Virus record (IMG/VR): IMGVR_UViG_3300037042_002125
Coordinates: 124,001-188,000 of that record
Reading direction: 5' to 3' (one strand)
Length of the DNA: 64,000 nt
Numbering within the stretch: the stretch's first letter is position 1; every line of letters starts with the position of its first letter. The notes below the pieces were generated by a model. The model did not search any database. It was not told the DNA's origin and saw only the letters and a list, made by a program, of their open reading frames with translations. A program made the position numbers and the translations under genes. This document shows, piece by piece, positions 35,746 to 43,931 of this stretch.

Positions 35746-36023
35746 AATTTATTCGGCAAGCACCTATTGATCCTAACTCCAAACTAGGTAAGGCACGCTA
35801 TCAGGTCACCAACGCAAAATCAGCTCTACATCGTGGTGAAGAAGCTAGAGATGAAGCACAAATTATTGACGCAATAAACAGTGCAAACCTATTCATCAAG
35901 CTTGCCAAGTCTGCTTTGGATGGATCTGATGAAGCAAAACTCAAAGTGTCTACTAATAGGTTTGGTAAAACAACCGTTCACTACCAAACGCCTGCAATAC
36001 AACCTCCTCCAAGGAACCCTTGA
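35742..36023 (+). CDS. Hypothetical protein
   Basis: Operonic ATGA overlap. Confidence 0.55.
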   Translation: MKFIRQAPIDPNSKLGKARYQVTNAKSALHRGEEARDEAQIIDAINSANLFIKLAKSALDGSDEAKLKVSTNRFGKTTVHYQTPAIQPPPRNP

Positions 36024-36026
36024 CGT

Positions 36027-36035
36027 TAATTTCAT
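36027..36035 (+). promoter_or_regulatory. TAATTTCAT motif
   Basis: Intergenic, upstream of the SWIM and sigma-like genes. Confidence 0.45.
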
Positions 36036-36055
36036 GTAACTATTAGGAGCAGGCT

Positions 36056-36466
36056 ATGACGATGACAGCCAAACAGTTGATGAAATTTACGCCGCGGAAT
36101 AGAAAAGATGCTTCTCTATCTGCTCGCATCAAGGAAATAAAAAAGGGCACTTTGTCAAATGGATCTACGATCTACAAGGCAAAGATTATGACTACCCGCA
36201 CACCAGCGGGTGCTCGTAAACCGCCTCCGCCTATGTACACCTATGTGACTACAGTAGAGGTTAGTCCAAAGGAAAAATGCGTGGTATCCTGTTCTTGTGA
36301 AGACTTTTTGTTCACGTGGGAGTACACCTTGAACAAGAAAGGTGCAGCCCGTATTGAATACTCCAATGGAGAGTCGTCTAAGGACAGGAATCCTCAGCAA
36401 ATTCCTGGAACGTGCAAACACATCTATTCATTCCTAACACGTTTGATCGACAAAGGAAAACTATAG
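36056..36466 (+). CDS. SWIM zinc-finger protein
   Basis: CSCEDF...CKH motif. Confidence 0.8.
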   Translation: MTMTAKQLMKFTPRNRKDASLSARIKEIKKGTLSNGSTIYKAKIMTTRTPAGARKPPPPMYTYVTTVEVSPKEKCVVSCSCEDFLFTWEYTLNKKGAARIEYSNGESSKDRNPQQIPGTCKHIYSFLTRLIDKGKL

Positions 36467-36507
36467 GTCAGGTTTAGCACAGACTAAATCTGGCAGTTTG
36501 GTACATC

Positions 36508-37578
36508 ATGACAACCCCAACATCAACATCGTCTAGATCAGATCCAAAATCCCACCCAAAATCTTCAAATGGCAAGGCAACAATAAACAACTACAACCAC
36601 TCAAAGTTGTTTGCCAAGCTGAAATCAATTGAAGAGACTATACCAAACAATCTCACCTCCTATCAGTACCTAAGTGTCCTTGACGAATTGATCTACCGTG
36701 GTCTGTATCCTATAATTGAAGGTACAAAATTCTTCGAGAACTTCTTGGCACAGATTCTTGGGTGGCAAACAATAAATTCGAAGCGCAAGGTCGTTGGGGT
36801 TGGAAGACAGGCCTTTAGTTCATACACCACATTGTATCTTCTCCTTGATGACCCAAAGCAACGCATAAAGCTTATCAAGAAGATGAAGATTGATAGGGCG
36901 GTCTTATTTGAGGCAATGCGTAGGTGGACATCGATCTCAGAGGAAATAGTTTCTATATCTGAGACAGACGTAATAACCTCTGATGCCTTAACACAAATTG
37001 CAGACCTTAGCGAAAGGGCTTCAATACGAGATGGGTATCATGTGATAGCCCTTTACAATCAAGTACACTACTGGCATAACCAAGCAGTAGCTTTTAAATC
37101 TCAGATCTTAGAAAAGTACACTCGCCTGTGCCTTACCACTGCCCAACGTGATTACGTGCAGATGGATTGCCAGGGAGATTTAGATGACATAATTCAAGTT
37201 TACTTCATGAGCGCAGGCAAGGCCATTGATAAATGTGACACCGAGAAGGGTGTTCTTACCACACATATTCAAAACTGGCTGCTCAGCGCCAAGAACGTAG
37301 TCATAGCTACCTATGTAAACGGGGCAGTTACGCAAACCAAGGCAAGTACCGCAGGTGCTTCTATCATTCGTACAATGGTAGATCACGTTAGCCTAGATGA
37401 AATCGAAAACATGATTGCAGAGGAATTAGATGACCCAGCAGAAAAAGAAGAGACGGTCTATCAGGTACGGAAAGTAACACGCTTCTTTGACAAGACAGGT
37501 ATAGGTCGAATCCTTTTGGGCATACAAGACGTTCTATCAAAAGAAGATGTACAGGCACTGAGGGCTCACGCACTGTAA
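36508..37578 (+). CDS. Sigma-70-like phage transcription factor
   Basis: DLDDIIQ.....KAIDKCD.EKG.LTTHIQNW resembles sigma region 2.2-2.3. Confidence 0.6.
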   Translation: MTTPTSTSSRSDPKSHPKSSNGKATINNYNHSKLFAKLKSIEETIPNNLTSYQYLSVLDELIYRGLYPIIEGTKFFENFLAQILGWQTINSKRKVVGVGRQAFSSYTTLYLLLDDPKQRIKLIKKMKIDRAVLFEAMRRWTSISEEIVSISETDVITSDALTQIADLSERASIRDGYHVIALYNQVHYWHNQAVAFKSQILEKYTRLCLTTAQRDYVQMDCQGDLDDIIQVYFMSAGKAIDKCDTEKGVLTTHIQNWLLSAKNVVIATYVNGAVTQTKASTAGASIIRTMVDHVSLDEIENMIAEELDDPAEKEETVYQVRKVTRFFDKTGIGRILLGIQDVLSKEDVQALRAHAL

Positions 37579-37581
37579 ATA
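37574..37581 (+). promoter_or_regulatory. TGTAAATA motif upstream of the replication operon
   Basis: Overlaps the stop of the sigma-like gene. Confidence 0.55.
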
Positions 37582-37629
37582 CAATAGTTAAGTGTAAGCA
37601 TCTCTTTCTCAAGAATAGGAAAAACAAAC

Positions 37630-38700
37630 ATGCAATTCTCAATCGACTCTGAACTACTGGGCGGCACAATCCGTACTTTGCAGCGTATAGCCCAAGCCGT
37701 TTCTATCTCACTTGAGGTCGCCAAGGGCAACGTTCTTATCACAGGCACTGGCAACGGGAACTCTTGTTCCATCAATTTGCCTTGCAAGATACTCGAGAAG
37801 TCCGCGCAAAACAAATTCAGCATTGCCGCTGAAACGTTAGCTAACGCAATTGCAAAACGCAAGGACATGAAGATCACAATCAAGGACACGTCCATTGAGC
37901 TGGCGAGTTCTCGGTATGCGGTTGAGCTCTTGATCAACCAGTTTGAACAGATTGAAGTTATCCCAGAAGCTGTCAAGCAAGACAAGAGCTTGAAGCTCAG
38001 TACAAAATTCCTTGATGCTATACGGGCCAACTTGAGCAAGATAGAGTTGAAGCCTTTGTTAAGTCTCTATGATTACATTCCTATTGGTATCAAGAGCACT
38101 GACGAAGGTACGTTTGTTGCTTGCTTTGATACTTGGCAGTCGGCGTTTTTCTTTGACAAAGAAGTTACTGGCAAACTAGAGTTCACGTTGCCTAGCAATA
38201 TCTTCATGACGATTGCCAAAGAGTTCAAGAACCAAAGCTACAAACTTTGCATCACCGACAGCACGGTATACGCCTACAATGATTTCTTTGAGTTGGGCAT
38301 TGCGCTGACGCAAACTGAAGGTGAGCAGGTTACGTTAGGTCACATGCTGGCTCTCTACAACAGTCTCAAGAAAGATAAAAGCGGCGTAAAGATCAAATTG
38401 AAGACAGAAGGCATAAACCAACTGATCGAAAATGCCAAAGCTGTCTACGAAAAGGATAGCACATTTACGTTCACTACCAAAGGTGACAAATGCAAACTTG
38501 TGCTCAAGAGTTCATTTGGCTCCATGAGCACGTTGGTCATGATGGAAGAAGCGCCCGCAAAGGACGTCAGCTTCTCTTGCGACTTCTCATTCTTTAGCAC
38601 ACTGCTTGCTAAAGCACCACCCACCCTTGAACTCAGAGTAAATGATAGGATGATGTTGTTTTCCAACAAGCCTGTCACGTACCTCTTGAGTCTGGTATAA
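37630..38700 (+). CDS. DNA sliding clamp, beta-clamp-like
   Basis: 356 aa, MQFSI..ELL start, three-domain alpha/beta periodicity, located in the replication operon. Confidence 0.65.
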   Translation: MQFSIDSELLGGTIRTLQRIAQAVSISLEVAKGNVLITGTGNGNSCSINLPCKILEKSAQNKFSIAAETLANAIAKRKDMKITIKDTSIELASSRYAVELLINQFEQIEVIPEAVKQDKSLKLSTKFLDAIRANLSKIELKPLLSLYDYIPIGIKSTDEGTFVACFDTWQSAFFFDKEVTGKLEFTLPSNIFMTIAKEFKNQSYKLCITDSTVYAYNDFFELGIALTQTEGEQVTLGHMLALYNSLKKDKSGVKIKLKTEGINQLIENAKAVYEKDSTFTFTTKGDKCKLVLKSSFGSMSTLVMMEEAPAKDVSFSCDFSFFSTLLAKAPPTLELRVNDRMMLFSNKPVTYLLSLV

Positions 38701-38710
38701 GGGCTAGTCC

Positions 38711-39169
38711 ATGTCTACAGTAATTGAAGAATCCTCTCCAATGCCGTTGACGATGGACTTAGACATAGCAGAGTCCTTCAACAAGCGTCTAATAACGAGC
38801 TACATCTACCGAGGCCGGACATACTTCCTATTGTTCTACAAGAATGGGACGCCTGGCCCTTTTTACGTTGAGGATGCACCCTACGCAGAGAACTCCTTGC
38901 TCTCAATTGGAGAAATCAAATGCAAGGCAGACGATCTTGTGATAGGTAACATCTTCTACACTAATGTAAATTACAGATGTGAAGGCAGCTTTCTGCTAGT
39001 CTACAGCGGGGTGTTCAAACATTCCATCAACAAGAAATTGCCAAGGGACTTGAACATGTCCTTGTGGGCTAAGACTCCTTACATGCAAATCTTCCAAGAG
39101 AAGAATAGAGCAACGTTAGTAATTAGTCCTATGCTCAAGAATAGTATCAAACAGAATCTGGAGATCTAA
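38711..39169 (+). CDS. Hypothetical protein
   Basis: ORF track; operonic. Confidence 0.6.
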   Translation: MSTVIEESSPMPLTMDLDIAESFNKRLITSYIYRGRTYFLLFYKNGTPGPFYVEDAPYAENSLLSIGEIKCKADDLVIGNIFYTNVNYRCEGSFLLVYSGVFKHSINKKLPRDLNMSLWAKTPYMQIFQEKNRATLVISPMLKNSIKQNLEI

Positions 39170-39733
39170 ATGGCTAACAAAAAAGAACAGAGTAGAAAAA
39201 CCAAAGAGGTTGGCGGTGAGAGCCTTAAGAGATCTCTGCTTGAGGACGATACGTACAAACGTTACCGTAACATTGTCAAGGCTATCAAGGACAAAATTAT
39301 TGTGGATGATATGGACGATGAAATAAATCGTCTGCATAGCGGGCGTATATCACGCACGTTGTATGGTACCACACCGGGCGGTGACAAGATCATGAACGCG
39401 GCGCTGCAAGATGCTTCCCACAGGTCCCGCATGGCTGAAATACGGGTGCGGGTATCTAAGCAAGCTGACCTGCTGGACATTACGTTGGAAGCTACACGCA
39501 TCTACTTGGCTCGCCAGTTTGCAGACGAGGTGCCAGACATACGGACTAAAGGCGAACGCATGGCCTACTTCGATGCTCACCTCACCAATGGAATTGTCAT
39601 GCACTCCAAACTCAAATCATTGATATCTCGCATTGACGTGCTGATCAAAGACGTTGACCAAACTGGTTTTTCTTTGAAACATTGCGTGGACATCCTTGAG
39701 CTGGTATACCACAACTCGGGGGCGAAGCAGTGA
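39170..39733 (+). CDS. Helical hypothetical protein (possible UvsY-like recombination mediator)
   Basis: All-helical and immediately upstream of the UvsW-like helicase; synteny only. Confidence 0.35.
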   Translation: MANKKEQSRKTKEVGGESLKRSLLEDDTYKRYRNIVKAIKDKIIVDDMDDEINRLHSGRISRTLYGTTPGGDKIMNAALQDASHRSRMAEIRVRVSKQADLLDITLEATRIYLARQFADEVPDIRTKGERMAYFDAHLTNGIVMHSKLKSLISRIDVLIKDVDQTGFSLKHCVDILELVYHNSGAKQ

Positions 39734-41238
39734 AAGTGTTCTGCAGGGATGCCTTGTACATCCCAATACACAAAGTAAATGACGAGGAATATTCTGCTGT
39801 AGAGAGAAAATTCGAAAGAGATTCTTACGTAGATGAAGGTCAATGTGAAAAATGTGACTACTTCTCAGAGCGACCTTGCGATATCTGTACCGACTGCCCC
39901 AATTATGAGGGCAAGGTCAAGATGCACAGCATTGTCAAGAAGGACAGTGGTAAGAAATTCCTACGACTGCCTTTTGGATCTAGGGCTGCTGTAGAGAAAA
40001 TCTTTGGGCCCGTAACGTTTGTGAACAAGAACGAAGATGTGCCTATGAAGAAGGCAATCGAGTTCACTGGTGAGTTGCGAGAGGACCAAGTACGTGCTAC
40101 CAAGAAGATGTTCAACGCAGAGTTCGGTGTGTTGAAGTCTCCGCCTCGCAGTGGTAAGACCGTCATGTGCGCCTACCTTGTGTGCAAGCTTAGCCAGAAG
40201 ACTTTGATACTTGCGTCGCAAAAGGACTGGCTGGATAATTTCCATGAGACGTTTGTAGGTAGTGATACACAGACGCCACTGACAAACATTAAAGGTAAAC
40301 GTATTGGGTTCCCTAAGACGTTGGCTGACTTTGAGAAGTACGACATATGCTTAGTAACCTATCAGAAGTTTCTGTCAGCTAAGGGTAAGAAGCTACTCAA
40401 GGCCATTAGCAAGATGTTTGGTATCCTCTTAATTGACGAGGTGCAGGCAGTTGGTGCCAAGGAGTTTGCGACTGTAGTGAGCAAGATTCATACACGCTAC
40501 AAAATCGGAGTTAGCGGAACACCTCAGCGGAAGGACAGCAAGGAATACATCATCTACAGTCTGCTTGGCCCTATCTTCTACGAGAACCACGTAGAGAAGT
40601 TGAGGCCTCGCCTTGAGTATGTTCGAACAGAGTTAGCAGGTAAGATGCCTCAGACGTGGACATACATGGTCAACAAGGTAGAGGAAGATCCTAAGAGACT
40701 TAAGCTAATAGCAGAGACGGCTATCCAAGATGTTAAGAACAAACATTTGGTATTCATACCTTTGGGCCGTGTGAATGTGATTAAGGCTCTTGTCAAAGCC
40801 ATCAACATACTGTGTGGTAAGCAAATAGCCGCAGCGTTCTATGGTGGCATAACCAAAGAGAAGCGGATTAGCGTGATACAAAAGGCGCGTGACTACAAAT
40901 ACAAAATCATTGTAGGTAACACGAGGCTGTTAAGCACTGGCATAAACATACCTCGGGCTAGTATGCTCTATCAGGTCACCCCTTCGGCTAACTTGCCCAA
41001 GGCTCAGCAGAGATTTGCGCGTATCCTAACGCCGTACGATGGGAAACCTGAACCTGTGTTCAAGTATTTCCTTGATGATGTAGACGTGATACGCTCGTGT
41101 ATGCGTAAGGAACATTGGCAATGTGTCATACCAATGTTCAGGCCTAAGATGACCGGGCACGTCAAGGAGACCCTTGACGCCTATTTCAAGAACAGTAAAA
41201 AAGCAAAACAGGACGCTTATACAGGCGGCTACATATGA
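39730..41238 (+). CDS. Superfamily 2 DNA helicase (UvsW-like)
   Basis: SPPRSGKT, LIDEVQ, SGTP, TGINIP and QRFARI motifs; N-terminal Cys4 cluster. Confidence 0.88.
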   Translation: MKVFCRDALYIPIHKVNDEEYSAVERKFERDSYVDEGQCEKCDYFSERPCDICTDCPNYEGKVKMHSIVKKDSGKKFLRLPFGSRAAVEKIFGPVTFVNKNEDVPMKKAIEFTGELREDQVRATKKMFNAEFGVLKSPPRSGKTVMCAYLVCKLSQKTLILASQKDWLDNFHETFVGSDTQTPLTNIKGKRIGFPKTLADFEKYDICLVTYQKFLSAKGKKLLKAISKMFGILLIDEVQAVGAKEFATVVSKIHTRYKIGVSGTPQRKDSKEYIIYSLLGPIFYENHVEKLRPRLEYVRTELAGKMPQTWTYMVNKVEEDPKRLKLIAETAIQDVKNKHLVFIPLGRVNVIKALVKAINILCGKQIAAAFYGGITKEKRISVIQKARDYKYKIIVGNTRLLSTGINIPRASMLYQVTPSANLPKAQQRFARILTPYDGKPEPVFKYFLDDVDVIRSCMRKEHWQCVIPMFRPKMTGHVKETLDAYFKNSKKAKQDAYTGGYI

Positions 41239-41858
41239 AAGAGCAAGAGGAAGATCCCCGTTTCAAGAACAGGGGCAAGTTGAAGATACGGCTTGCTGAA
41301 AAGTACATTACGATAATGAAGAACAGAGGTGTCAACGGTGGAGTGTTCAGACAGAACCCCTTTGTGTTGATGCCTACGTCCTTCACTTCCGACGTTGAGG
41401 GTCTCAAGCCCAAAGTGTTTAGCCGTCAGAAGCAGTTCGAGATGTTTGACAAGTTCATGGAGTCTCCTTTTGAGCCTATGAACTGTTGCATTGTATCTGC
41501 TCCTGATGACGGGAAGGCCAAGCTAATGGCAGCCTACATGATGCAGCACGCCATAGCCCAGCACAATAGCTACACGTCCTTGCCTATGTGGATTGATCTA
41601 ACTGGCGGCTTTGACAATCCGCTCGTTGTAAATAAAGTGAAGCCCTCCTTGCTTGTAATAAACAATGTAGGAGTAGCATCAACTCAATCCAAGATGGAAA
41701 AGCTTAGGGACATACTGGAAGTGTATAGTGACATACCGCGCATTGTAGTAGCAACTGGTTGTGACCCCTACTACTTCTTCATGCGTCACTTGTATCTGCC
41801 CATACACTCGCTGATGTACCTAACCAATTCATCTGTCAAAAAATCTATTGAACTCTGA
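41235..41858 (+). CDS. Degenerate DnaC/IstB-like helicase loader candidate
   Basis: Eroded P-loop (SAPDDGKA), LLVINNVG in place of LLILDD; directly upstream of DnaB. Confidence 0.4.
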   Translation: MKEQEEDPRFKNRGKLKIRLAEKYITIMKNRGVNGGVFRQNPFVLMPTSFTSDVEGLKPKVFSRQKQFEMFDKFMESPFEPMNCCIVSAPDDGKAKLMAAYMMQHAIAQHNSYTSLPMWIDLTGGFDNPLVVNKVKPSLLVINNVGVASTQSKMEKLRDILEVYSDIPRIVVATGCDPYYFFMRHLYLPIHSLMYLTNSSVKKSIEL

Positions 41859-41919
41859 GGCCTATTTGCGTCAGTAGTCAAAGGGGAATATCATCAAGTT
41901 AGTTGCAACAAACTCTGAG

Positions 41920-43320
41920 ATGTCGGTACTTAGGGCAGCCGCCTCTAAGAATCCAACAATCGCAGGGACAGTCCTACAAGGTATTGATGAGTCTTACTTT
42001 CACAACGAGTTTGCGAAAGAAGTCTTGGCACGGATACTTAAGGTTAATCAGAAGTCAGGAACTCCTCCTACTTGGCGTGAGTTATGCGACGACCCTCATA
42101 TCCGTGAGGAGACAAGAAAGAAGTTACGCACCTCTGAGATTGACAAGATCAAAACCCCAGAGGAAGCACTGCGTAGCATAAAACTTCTGCACGGCTACAG
42201 GCAGTTGCGTGGAATGTTCCAGCTGGCAGAAGATACGGTGGTATCACTGCGTAAGAAGAAGGTCAACCCAGATCGGCTGTTGACTACAATGGCGGATACG
42301 ATCATCCAGCTAAGACAGAACCGAAGCGAAGGTAACCAAGTCCTTACGTTCGGCAAAGGTAACAACACCACTGACATAGTGAAGAACCTGCTGCTCGATG
42401 AAGAGAAGAATTTCCTACCAACAGGCTTTAAGGATTTTGACGACGAGAATGGTGGCATTAGCTTTGGCAATTTGTTCTTGTTAGCTGGTTCAACAGGTGG
42501 TGGCAAGAGCGCATTGGCAGCACAGTTAGGAATTAACTGGGCGGACATGGGTGAGGACGTAACAGTCATTCCACTTGAAATGTCCGAGGACGAAATGACA
42601 GCACGGTTAATGGCTAATGCAGCCAAGTTGGACGTGCGAAAGATTCTGTTCCGCAGGCTTAGTGAAGACGAGAAGAAGATCTACTGGAAACGCTACAAAC
42701 GATTTGTGATGCGTAAGAAGAAGGTAGAAGGTTCCTTCAGAGTGTTCAAGCCTAAGAGTGACATGAACATCCAAGAGATAATGGCTACGGTCTATCCCTT
42801 GGGCAGTAGAGTTGTCATCATCGATTACGTGTCGTTGTTGAAGGACGTTGATGGTGATGACGCATGGCAAAAGCTTGGTGCTGTCGCCCGCTATTGCAAG
42901 GTCTATGCCGAGACTCACAACATCATTATCGTCTTGCTGGCGCAGGTTAGCGATGAAGGTATTGTCAGGTACGCAAGGTCACTTGTTGAACATGCCAACT
43001 ATGCTTGGAGATTTGTTGCAACGTCTGCAACTCGGGAACATGAGATCATAAACATAGACCAGCTTAAGGCGCGTAATGGTCGCATGTTTGAGTTTACGCT
43101 CCGGGCACAGATGGCCTACATGCGGATACGCAACCTCGACATAGAGGAGAAAGAAGAACTTATGTCCAGGATTAGCGGGTCGTCTGAAAACAAGGACAAG
43201 GGTGCTATTAAGGGCAAGCGGTTTGACAAGACTCGGAAGCACAGTGACAAAGAAGACAAACCTAAGAAGACTAACCCAGGCAAGGACTACTTGAAGGATT
43301 TGTCGGATGACGAAGATTAA
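41920..43320 (+). CDS. dnaB: Replicative DNA helicase DnaB-like (start may be ATC 41893)
   Basis: AGSTGGGKS, LEMSEDE, IIDYVSL, LAQ and KARNG motifs. Confidence 0.9.
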   Translation: MSVLRAAASKNPTIAGTVLQGIDESYFHNEFAKEVLARILKVNQKSGTPPTWRELCDDPHIREETRKKLRTSEIDKIKTPEEALRSIKLLHGYRQLRGMFQLAEDTVVSLRKKKVNPDRLLTTMADTIIQLRQNRSEGNQVLTFGKGNNTTDIVKNLLLDEEKNFLPTGFKDFDDENGGISFGNLFLLAGSTGGGKSALAAQLGINWADMGEDVTVIPLEMSEDEMTARLMANAAKLDVRKILFRRLSEDEKKIYWKRYKRFVMRKKKVEGSFRVFKPKSDMNIQEIMATVYPLGSRVVIIDYVSLLKDVDGDDAWQKLGAVARYCKVYAETHNIIIVLLAQVSDEGIVRYARSLVEHANYAWRFVATSATREHEIINIDQLKARNGRMFEFTLRAQMAYMRIRNLDIEEKEELMSRISGSSENKDKGAIKGKRFDKTRKHSDKEDKPKKTNPGKDYLKDLSDDED

Positions 43321-43328
43321 AGGAGCGT

Positions 43329-43931
43329 ATGCTCATGGCTAACTTAACCAAAAAACCTTTACGAAGCTCTGGGGCTGCCTCGGCCGCCAGGGCTTTCTTG
43401 CCTCAGACAAAGGCCCCTAGTTCCATATGGGACAATGCAAAGCTATCTGACATTGGGAACAACTTTGAGATCATTAGGGAAGCGCCTATCCTCGAGGAGT
43501 ATTCTTTCCATAACCCTTTCCTAAGAGGGCAATCTGAGTTCATATTCTTTGTAGTTAAGCCTAAATACAAGGTCAAAGAGAAGAAGAAGGTAGTTACACC
43601 CTTAAACTTGAACAGCAAGTTGAGCAAACCTCAGAAGAGAAAGATAGCTAGAGCCATTGGCGATAACATTGAGGATTTTTCTACGTTCTTCATGGAGGAG
43701 ATTTTGCCAGTTAGTCTGGCAATATCGTCTGCTGGTCAGAAGGTAGACGAATTGATCCAACAATTGATAGACGATAAGGCAAACCTGCCAATGTCATTCA
43801 TCCAAGCTAAAGCTACGCAAGCCGTTTGCTTGCGGATCATTAGACGTATATCACAAAAGTTCAAGCTGACTAAAGACGAACAGCGTATGATGTTTAGGGA
43901 GTATCTACGTGAAAACGTTTTCAAAATCTAG
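43329..43931 (+). CDS. Hypothetical protein (possible terminase small subunit)
   Basis: Position immediately upstream of the large terminase only. Confidence 0.35.
   Translation: MLMANLTKKPLRSSGAASAARAFLPQTKAPSSIWDNAKLSDIGNNFEIIREAPILEEYSFHNPFLRGQSEFIFFVVKPKYKVKEKKKVVTPLNLNSKLSKPQKRKIARAIGDNIEDFSTFFMEEILPVSLAISSAGQKVDELIQQLIDDKANLPMSFIQAKATQAVCLRIIRRISQKFKLTKDEQRMMFREYLRENVFKI

Noticed and set aside
36508-37578. Phage-encoded multisubunit RNA polymerase subunit
   Set aside because: No DxDGD or double-psi beta-barrel motifs; a sigma region-2-like pattern fits better.
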